Both the position numbers and the translations under genes were made by a program. The notes beneath the pieces were generated by a model, which was not told the origin of the DNA, ran no database searches, and was given only the letters and a program-made list of their open reading frames with translations. From Mytilus edulis (Eukaryota), in assembly GCF_963676685.1 (NCBI RefSeq), contig NC_092344.1:104594001-104658000 (forward strand): a stretch of 64,000 nucleotides of DNA. The letters are read 5' to 3'. Positions 15,101 through 24,825 of the stretch are shown in pieces (the stretch's first letter is position 1; each line of letters opens with the position of its first letter).

Positions 15101-15184
15101 TTTACATAAAAGTAAAACAATCCAAATAATTTAATTTTAGAAATTACTTACGCCTCCTTTAAGTCCAGGTTTGGATTTTGACAT
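2656..15184 (-). CDS. SLC6 (NSS) Na+-dependent amino-acid transporter, GlyT2/PROT/ATB0+-like; 15 exons, ~716 aa
   Basis: Exons 15184-15152, 14008-13892, 13400-12944, 12346-12190, 11407-11275, 10830-10696, 9529-9426, 9003-8879, 8011-7899, 6625-6497, 6018-5919, 5031-4931, 4441-4268, 3749-3585, 2763-2656. All are GT-AG and phase-consistent (2151 nt). Motifs: [73 protein letters not shown]. The first two and the last exons are less certain than the core. Confidence 0.93.
6764..7056 (-). mobile_element. 3' end fragment of the Penelope-like element
   Basis: Reverse complement of the 28225-28520 tail. Confidence 0.85.
9843..9952 (+). mobile_element. SINE 3' fragment (V/Meta-domain-like core, (AATC)n tail)
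   Basis: GGTCGGTGGTTCTCTCTGAGCACTCCGACTTCC...ACTGACCGCCAC...AAACACCAATCAATCAA resembles the cores of molluscan SINEs. Recognised from memory. Confidence 0.5.
12068..12131. repeat. (AAGT)16 microsatellite
   Basis: Directly visible in SLC6 intron 4, preceded by AATAAA. Confidence 0.95.
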
Positions 15185-15752
15185 AATTCAATTTTATAGA
15201 ATGAGAATTGTTAAGTCTGTACCCATAGTCTACCCATGCCACCCGAATAAGGAAGCAGTCATGTTTCAAACCAAGCGCTTCATCATGATTATATGTATGT
15301 CCATTTACCTGGTAAACGTCACGTGACAGGATTTAAACTAGGTAAAAAGATTCCACAGACCAACTTAGCTTGCTTAACTGTATAAGGTTTTTTTTCTTCA
15401 GATAATTAAAGCATTTATTTTCTGACTTGAATGTCCAAGTCCCTCGTTATTATTTTCAAAAAGAAGGTTGAGTTATCCATTAATTCCTATTATAAATTAG
15501 TTATTAATAACACCAAAATTGAAGGAAAGGATGATCAATAAATATAACAGGTAACTTTCAATTGCCGACAATATTTTTTCTAGAATTGTGTACGATTGAT
15601 CGTTTATGTAGACAGATGTAACCAGAAACAAAATCAAATAGTCAATACGTTACGTTTTAGCAGTAGGTAAAGTGTGTCAATCACTGGCCCATCATCTAGA
15701 TATATAAAGTACATCTTTAAAATAAATCAATTATCCATGTAAACATTACATA

Positions 15753-17058
15753 CAGTCCGCAAAAAGTTAAGCACCACCGAAGTATAACTTGCAATATTTT
15801 TTAACTATTGCGAAAACAATATTAATGTTTGGTGTTATGAATTACCTTTAATATACACTAAGACAATTCATTACGACCAAAAAGATTGAACTCCGATAAA
15901 GCAGTCAAGCAACCTCTTAACAAAGGTCATCTGCGCGTTTACAAATACACTGTTTCTCCAGGTGGTCGTGTTAGTGTTCGTATATTGGTCCGTCGACTTC
16001 ATAGAGGCAACCGAAGAGCAAGTCGTGGTGTATAGAGACCTGTACTTACGAGCAGGCACTCTACCGTCAGGTTTCAATGGGGTAATGACTATCTATGCTT
16101 GAACATAAGAAGCTAATAAAACACTCATTGGTCAGATGGGAGTCAGTTTCTTTTACTGCCAGTAGACGCCATAATACGAATTTTTCGCGGGGAAACAAAA
16201 CGGTCTAGGACTAAAACAATGTTTGCACAAGGACTGCACTCAGTGCTGGTGGTGTTCCAATACAGGGTTGCTTCTTGTACCGTTATAAGCTGGGTATGCA
16301 TATTCTGTAGGGTAACATAAACGGACAGACATACACCGATTTCGTGCCTTAAAACATTGTAGTCCCTCATTTTAATAAACCCCCACTTGTATCGACATTG
16401 CCAAGACCCTTGTACATGGACGACAACACTAGACCACACACGGCAACGATTTTAACCGAGTTCAAAGAGCAACAAGCCATTTACACTATTTTTTGGCCTT
16501 CCATGTCTCCATACATAAACCCTTTCAAACATGTCTGAGATGCCATTGGTGGAAATCTCAATCGCAGAGATCCACCTTCACAATATTTTCTTGATTTAAA
16601 AGTGGCATTTGTTGTTTAATGCAACAGATTTCCTCAACTAAAGTTTTGAAGGCTTGTACCGAGAATGATACGTCGTGTTATGCAAGTGTACCGGAAGAGA
16701 GCTTGTTACACATGCTATTTACACAAATATTGACATTAATTTTGCCGATCATACCAAAGATTATGTGTAGAAAATTTTAATGATATAGGGTGATCAATTA
16801 TTGTAAAAAAATAAAATCACAGTGAAACTTTAATTCCGTTTCTGAATTGTGTAATTTACACTATTTCTTTGAACGAAAAACCTACATGCATAGAACCTTC
16901 ATAAGTGACCAAAATTATATTTGTGGTTTGTGTATGGTATACATTAGCAAAATTACTATATGATTGTTTTTCTTTTTTTCGAGGAATAATTGATTTTTTA
17001 AATTTGAAAAAAAAATCTATGCAATAAAAATAGGTGGTGCTTAACTTTTGGCGGACTG
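15753..17058 (+). mobile_element. Degenerate Tc1/mariner transposon
   Basis: 26-bp TIRs (CAGTCCGCAAAAAGTTAAGCACCACC and its reverse complement, 1 mismatch) with TA on both flanks. Decayed transposase motifs MDDNTRPH (~16415-16440) and WPSMSP-NP--HV (~16493-16535). Confidence 0.92.
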
Positions 17059-17998
17059 TACACATTAATCGCCATTTAAAGTTTTTATAGCGAAGACATG
17101 TTGTGGATACATCTTCATTGCAACAAAGACTGCGAAATATATTTTAACGCAGTTTTGTCAAGTCTTTAGTTTCCAACGTAGTGATTTCTAGTGTCTGTGA
17201 CTTTGCTGTATCCAGTAATATCATTGTCTTGTGTTTTTTTTTTACATTAATGTATTATTGATATCATTATTTGTTTTCGATGAACCAATGCTGAACGTTA
17301 GACTGTGTTCTGTGAAGCCCGTCATGATTTACATCTATCCAAACATTAACAATGATAAACTTGATAAATCTTCCTTATTATTAATGCAATTTATTTCAAG
17401 ACGAACCAACTTCGAGGACGATTTTTATATATCTTGTAAAATAAATATTGATAAAAAAAATGCTTCCAATAAAATGTTCTTAAGTTTGTCACCCTTTTTT
17501 CACCATTGACCATAGCATAACAAAATATTAAAGTAGTCGCATATGTATATCCCATGGCATTCAGTTTCAGTGACAATTTAATTAAATATCATTTGAATGC
17601 CAAAGGGCTATACTAACAAAATACCATATGTTGAAGTGAAATAAATGTTAAAGATAATAGGATAAATTTTCCGATACATATATATATGCATACAAAAACA
17701 ATTTCAACATCCGCAGCTACAAGCTAATCAGTAAAACTGAAAATCAATATTTTTTTCGAAATTTTTAATGAAAAACTGAAAACTTTTTGTACATAAAACT
17801 ACACTAAAAATTGTTTCTTTTTCGGATAATAACAGTAAATAACATCTATGTACATCGTGTATCTATTAAACTATATGTTGTTCTTTTCGGGTTTTTTTTC
17901 TCGAATCTTCCATTTTCGATACTGACTGACACAGACAGGATTTTTGACACGAGCTCCCATATTTATTTACACAAACGCTGCAGAATGAACACATGTTT

Positions 17999-19515
17999 TC
18001 AATTGATATTTTTCTTGTTCAATCTATGACTTTGAATATGGTGCTTCTTCATTTTCATGTTCTTATGTTTCATTCTTCTTTTATGTTTATTACGCGTTCT
18101 CTTTTCCAGTCGTTGTTTTAACGTTTCGGTGCCTCTGTTCTTTTTCCTCTTCTGGGTTAATGCACCCGACTGGCGCGATAACTCTTGTTTCACGGTGTTC
18201 AAATTAACATTTCTATCCAAATGTCCATGCAATGCTTTAAAATGCCTTTTCTGTGTTCCTATAGGATAATTTACATATTTATTCCTATTTCTCTTAATTT
18301 TGTGAACGTTGGGTATTCGTTTTTCCCTTGCAGATCGTTTCAATCGATTGACCTGTGACAGTTCAATTGTATTCGGATCATGAAACCGTTTTACTCTTGA
18401 AAGATCCTTTTCATGTAATGCAAATTCAATCGATCTTTTAGAACGTTTCATTCTGGACAAGTTCGGTTCGTAATGAGAAACTGTCAAAGTTTTATATGGG
18501 GACCGTTTTAATCGTTTGACACGAGTGAGCCTGAATGAGTCCACCTCAAGATCTTTAAAACGTTTAGCTCTTGAGAGTTCAGGTAAAACTACTTCACTAG
18601 CTCTTTTTGTCCGTTTAACACGTGATAAACCAGGTTTTAATGATCGTTTTAAGCGCTTAATTCTCGACAATTCACGTTCATAGTGTTCATCTCTTTTCAT
18701 ACGCTTTACCCTGAGAAGCATTGCATCTGTATCCTTCAGCCTCTTAACCCTCCTTAAATCATTTTCAAGTTGGAGTTCTGAAGTTTTTTCTGCTTCTCTT
18801 TTGATGATTGTATGACTCTAAAACACATAGAAAATAAATATCAATTAAAGTAATAAAGAAACTCATTCAGTGACATGGCAAAGCTTAGATTTAGAAGACG
18901 TAACTAAAAAAAATCTATCCATTTAAAATACTATATGTTATCATAGCCAGTTCAACACATTGGTGTCGTAACATACGCTATAATATTAGTCAAACATAAC
19001 TGTCGTCTTGTTATTTTGTATGCATTGCTTGTTGTGACCAGAATGTCAAATTCTAATCAACTACTTTGATTTTGTTTAAACCTCCAGTGTGTTCCTCTTA
19101 TTGTTCTTATTTTTGCCTGTTTTTATTCCATTACTCCTTTTCTATCATTGAATAAAACCAATGTTAATTCTTTGTCAAAATGCAGTTTACAACAACCGAA
19201 CTGACATTTAAAAGACATATTACAACCTCTAAGTATGTCAAATGCACCTCATTTATGATACAGTTTAAACTTTAAAATCTGCATGCGTCCTATTTATTAT
19301 ATATTCAAAACTAACAAGATTTCTCTTTAAATGCAGCCAAAGGAAGTAACTTTTTCCTAACAAACATAGAAATAATAAAAACGGGGAAAATTTCCAATCC
19401 AATTACGCAGTATTCGATAAATTTACGTTTCAGAATAACGAAAATGTCTTACCCGTACTGTCTCTGTTAAAGTTGAAAAACAGAATACAAGAACTAGAAA
19501 CACGGGTACCACCAT
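17999..19515 (-). CDS. Secreted prohormone-like precursor with repeated L-x-R-x-KR peptides and a basic tail; 2 exons, ~293 aa
   Basis: Exon 1, 19515-19453, encodes MVVPVFLVLVFCFSTLTETVR (signal-peptide-like) and ends at a GTAAG donor. Exon 2, 18817-17999, joins in phase 0 and extends the 240-aa ORF upstream by SHTIIKREAEKTSELQLENDLRRVKRLKDTDA. Confidence 0.85.
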
Positions 19516-20145
19516 GATGCAGAAGGAATAAAATGTATATTACATAACAACTAATTCAGTTCGAAAATGTCCACAAACGGGCGATCAATAACAACAGCAT
19601 CAACCCGCAAGAAATTCTAATGTCGTCTGGCAACATAATCACGTGGTTTGATGGTTATTAAAACGATCGATTTGGACAGCCGAGATTGTTGTAATGTATT
19701 GAATATATCAAGTCGTAATTATAAAATTTCTTTGAAAATTACATAACTTCATAAAAATAATGAGATCACTCTAATATCACAGCTTTTTAGTTATTTTTTC
19801 TTTCTAATACATTATAAATAAAATTGGATTAATGATTTTTGTCTGTATGTTCAACAGAAAGACAATGGGTGGCATCACAGATTTTTGTTTAGATATTTTA
19901 AACAACCTGGACGTATTGACTTAAACTGGGGCATATCTTTTTTATATTTAGTCATGATTGAATAAAATGCTTTGAATAGATATCATAAAAACAAATGTTT
20001 CTACAGAAAGCGATTCAGTGAAGAATGTTTTAAAATTATCTTGCAACCCTCATTTCTACAAAAATGAATCCATTATTTTTTTAAATAGAAATATTTTGTT
20101 GTCAAATTAACGTTCGTTTATTGAGAAACACATACTTATTTAGCA

Positions 20146-20307
20146 AAACTCTTAGGAATTTTGGTCCTCAATGCTCTTCAACTTCGTACTTTATTTGGCC
20201 TTTTTAACTTTTTTGGATTCGAGCGTCATTGATGAGTCTTTTGTAGACGAAACGCGCGTCTGCGTATATACAAAATTTAGTCCTGGTATCTATGATGAGT
20301 TTATTTA
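20146..20307 (+). mobile_element. Hammerhead-ribozyme-bearing interspersed repeat (retrozyme/PLE-related), degenerate
   Basis: GAGCGTCA-TTGATGA-GTC(ttttgta)GAC-GAAA-CGCGCG-TC at 20221-20260 has the minimal type I hammerhead layout with a C3-to-U change. Related copies lie near 20790, 21984, 34730 and 37710 (minus strand). Confidence 0.7.
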
Positions 20308-20509
20308 TTAGAGCATCGAATACTTGGCAGTTGTTATCAAATAATTCGGTTTTGTTTTGTAACCCGAATTTGTTTTTCTCTATCGATTTTATATATCGGT
20401 ATACTACTATTGCCTTTATTTCGAATATTCATATTTTTTTAGGTCAAGTGGCATTAAAGACTTAAGTCACAGATTTTTATAATATTTTTTATAAAACACT
20501 TTTTTTATG

Positions 20510-22269
20510 ACACTGAGTCAACTGGAAAACTGAACGAAGAGAACAAATAAACAACACTACTAGTAATTAAAAAAAGCGGATAGATTTTTGTAATTGGAAC
20601 TTAAGGTTCTTTATCAAGATGGAATTAACAGAAACAATTGCAAGGGTTTTAGGCGAAATCATCGTTAGTGTTTTGAATGTTAATATGGTTTGTTACATCT
20701 CCCCCATGTTTTACATTTTGAGGTATTTGGATTTATAAATGTAAATAAACTCATCCTAGATACTAGGATTGAAATTTTATAGTTGTGCTACACTCGCGTT
20801 TCGTCTACAAAAGAGTCATTAGTGACGCTCGAATAAAAAAATATTGAAAAGGCCAAATAAAGTAAGAAGTTGAAGAGATCTAAGGACCAAACATTCCGTA
20901 AAGTGTTGTTAAATACAGCTAAGGTAATTTAATCCTGAGGTAGAAAAGCCTTATAGTATTTCAAAAATTCTAAGTGTTGTAAACAGTTCCTTTATAATCA
21001 TGACCATATCAATGATAATTCATGTCGACACAGAAGTGCTGACTACTGTGCTGCTGATACCCTTTGGTAATAAAATTTTTATAATATTTTTTATAAAACT
21101 GCAGGAAGTTGAACTTGAACTGAAAATAACAATATTAAGATATAATTTATTTATTCCAATTAATTTATTAACTATTATTGAATGAATTATCTTTAAAGAA
21201 GTGTAGATTTGTATATACAGCACGTAAAATTAGGCAAGAGATGAACGTTCTCAAAATTGTATAAAAATCATAAAATCTCCCAAAATCCAATGCATAGAAT
21301 TTGATGTTATTGCTTCATAAATTTCCGTTTGATTAAAACTGACTTTAAACTATAATATGTGACGAACGTGATGAATTCAACTTTCTCATCGTCAGCTTCC
21401 CATAGCTCAGTAGTGAATTGCCCCCTGTCCCTTCGTTTGGCGTTTACATATCTCAATTGAAACGTTACGCTGGTGCATGTTCGAACTAAATGAAATAACT
21501 GCTTCAGCAGAGTAATGAAATGGACACTCCTTCAGTTTCGGTCACCTTCACAAACTGGATTATGTTTTAGGCTGAAGCAGCGTATAAAAACCAATAATCA
21601 ATCAGCCAAATAAAACCGACCGTGCAAGGGCTGTATAGCCATTCAAGGTCGTTAATAATTTCTATTTGTATAAGCGAATATGCTCCAACATAGAAAAAGA
21701 CAAACACTGAGTCAACTGGAAAACTGAACGAAGAGAACAAATAAACAACACTACTAGTAATTAAAAAAAGCGGATAGATTTTTGTAATTGGAACTTAAGG
21801 TTCTTTATCAAGATGGAATTAACAGAAACAATTGCAAGGGTTTTAGGCGAAATCATCGTTAGTGTTTTGAATGTTAATATGGTTTGTTACATCTCCCCCA
21901 TGTTTTACATTTTGAGGTATTTGGATTTATAAATGTAAATAAACTCATCCTAGATACTAGGATTGAAATTTTATAGTTGTGCTACACTCGCGTTTCGTCT
22001 ACAAAAGAGTCATTAGTGACGCTCGAATAAAAAAATATTGAAAAGGCCAAATAAAGTAAGAAGTTGAAGAGATCTAAGGACCAAACATTCCGTAAAGTGT
22101 TGTTAAATACAGCTAAGGTAATTTAATCCTGAGGTAGAAAAGCCTTATAGTATTTCAAAAATTCTAAGTGTTGTAAACAGTTCCTTTATAATCATGACCA
22201 TATCAATGATAATTCATGTCGACACAGAAGTGCTGACTACTGTGCTGCTGATACCCTTTGGTAATAAAA
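20510..22269. repeat. 566-bp direct duplication (20510-21075 = 21704-22269)
   Basis: The copies read as identical at an offset of 1194. The duplicated ORFs at 21000 and 22194 share MTISMIIHVDTEVLTTVLLIPFGNK. Confidence 0.95.
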
Positions 22270-22599
22270 ACTCCATCAGCAGTGACATCAACCCAGTGGT
22301 AAGTACGCACCATATTGGAATTTATAAGTACATAGAGACGTATAACACATTCAAAGGATTTTCACATTCAATCATTTCATTTGAAAAAAACATTGCCACT
22401 GTTTTATAATAATAATTCATTATAACACACTTTCTTTTAGTTCTTTCGACTGGATATCCCAAAATTATACCCCAAATATCTGAGAATAAGGCCAACTTGG
22501 TAAGTGTAAAATAAAGAAAATCTAAGAAGATCTTGGATGTATTCTACCCAGAAAAAAGTAGTTGCTTTAGAGTTGTCATTCTTTTCATAGAGTTGTTAA

Positions 22600-23338
22600 G
22601 GTTTATGTACCCTTCTGTAGCCATTTTTGTACGAATTTTTCAAACCTCAAATGTATCAAAACTAAAGATATAATAAATAATAGAGATAGGCCATTTAGTA
22701 CATGTTCCAAGGGGAAACTTGATGCAAAGCATTATTTTTTACTGTTTCATTGCATTTGATAGATAAAGAGGACTTTGTGGCAAATAAATCAAGATTTTTA
22801 TAGAAAATCCAGCGTCTTTGATACAGAAATTTTTGTTATTAAATTTGAAACATTAATTACTCACTTGATTTTCTATGATGTGCTTGTGTTTATTTTTTAC
22901 AAAAAGTTCTAAGTAACCTGTAAATTTCAAAACACCTCGTGCTGAGTCCCTAAAGTCGAGCGCACCCTAAAAGGTGTACTTGATATTGGCCATATTTATA
23001 CTTGTCTTAACCAATAACTACATTTATAAACTTGTTTTAAGGAAATCAATGCTAGCACTGCATGCAATAATCCTATATCTATCAGTCATCAAATTGCCAA
23101 ATATGAGAGTACAAGGATAAAGGCTGTGGATTTTCTATAAAAATCTTGATTTATTTGCCACAAAGTCCTCTTTTTCTATTAAATGCAATGGAACAGTAAA
23201 AAATAATGCTTTGCATCAAGTTTCCTCTTGGAACATGTACTAAATGGTCTATCTCTATTATTCATTATATCTGTAGTTTTGATACAATTGAAGTTTGAAA
23301 AGTTCGTACAAAAATGGCTACAGAAGGGTACATAAACC
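22600..23338. mobile_element. MITE with ~212-bp TIRs and TTAA TSD (Kolobok-like)
   Basis: 22600-22811 is the reverse complement of 23127-23338. TTAA lies at 22596-22599 and 23339-23342. The termini are GG...CC, not the CC...GG of piggyBac. Confidence 0.85.
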
Positions 23339-23914
23339 TTAATAACCCGGTGAGACGTGTTGTCATCATTGAAATCATATTGAACATAATATAATCTGAG
23401 AATTATAAATACCTTCTGTTTACCCGGTTAGTATTATTTGTAACACTATCACATATAGATAGTTTGAATTCTGTTTGTCTGCACACATCTATTCATTATG
23501 TATTTTTTTTTTTTTTTTCAATGTGATAATTGAACATTTTTGGTTTGGATGAAACTCATGATTATTACTCACTTGAAGGTTATTTCAATATTTGTAATTA
23601 ACGTAAAAAAATAAGCTCATACACATAGCTATCCTTATCACTTTCTATAGGTATCCGCCCAAAGTTGGACACTTTAGCACATACGTAATTCGGTGGTTGT
23701 CATTGGTTCATTGTGACAGACACACTTTTTGGATTAGAAGAAATTTCAAAGAAATGAACAAACTTCAAACTTTATTAATCAAACGCAGACGCTGTAATTG
23801 CGCTATAGGAGCATCAAATATGTATAGTATATTATAGTAACAGATGACAGAATGAGTCTAGAAATTATCTTACATTTATATATTAAACTATATGATTTCA
23901 AGTTATTTGAACTT

Positions 23915-24640
23915 ATACATAGAGAATAATACATGGCAAAATCCGTATCATATGTCGTATCATCCCGAGACATCAATATCAGCCCAAGGGCCTTTAGGCC
24001 CGAGGGATGATATTGGTCGAGGGTGATACGGCATGTGATACGGATTTTGCCATGTATTATACGCTTTATCATATATTTCAACAGAAGAGTATTATATTAT
24101 ATGAACTGTTTTATGATCCCGATAGATTAGCACTGGGTTACCTTCAGTTCTGCTTTTGTCTTGGTTCAAAGCCTTAAAATAACTGCTTATACAAAGCACC
24201 TGGGTTACCTTACCATTTGCCTGCTGCTGTTTTAAAAATATTTTGTTTATTATTGTATTTATTTGAGTGTTTTGTATTTTTTATAGTTGCATTTAGTGTG
24301 CCAAAAAATATGCAAACTTGATGTTCGTGACGTCACATACAATATGAAAACTTGACGTTCGTGACGTTACATACCAAACAATGACGTCATTAAAAAAAAT
24401 GACCTATTTTGAGGAAATTTTTTCTTAAGCCAAAAAAAAAAACAAAAAACTTTATGTAAAAAAAAAAAAAAAAAAAAAAAAGGTATGCGATACGGGTTTT
24501 ACCATGCGATACGGGGTATGCGATACGGGTTTAGCTATTCGATACGGGGTATGCGATACAGGGTAGGTGATACAGACTGGAAAAACAACCTTTATTAGAT
24601 ATACAAAATAGCTGTATTTTGTACTAAATATATGATAAAA
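23915..24640. mobile_element. Palindrome-ended non-autonomous element (Crypton-like architecture)
   Basis: 135-bp hairpin at 23926-24060, a 14-bp inverted pair at 24065-24078/24626-24639, and internal GGTATGCGATACGGG repeats at 24482-24563. The superfamily assignment is inference. Confidence 0.6.
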
Positions 24641-24825
24641 GTGTATTATATATACAAAGTAAATATAGGTAGTAGCATTACCGTATATATATATTATAAT
24701 TATTAACACATATTTCAAAGGTTATCCACATGTTCATGCTTCAACTATGTTTTGGGTGTACTCGATTCGGTTACAGTACGTCACGCCACCACGTGTAGTG
24801 TTGTGTTATTAACAAGAATATTAAC

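Noticed and set aside
20510-22269. LTR retrotransposon/TRIM
   Set aside because: No TG...CA ends, PBS or PPT; the target duplication flanks only the first copy.
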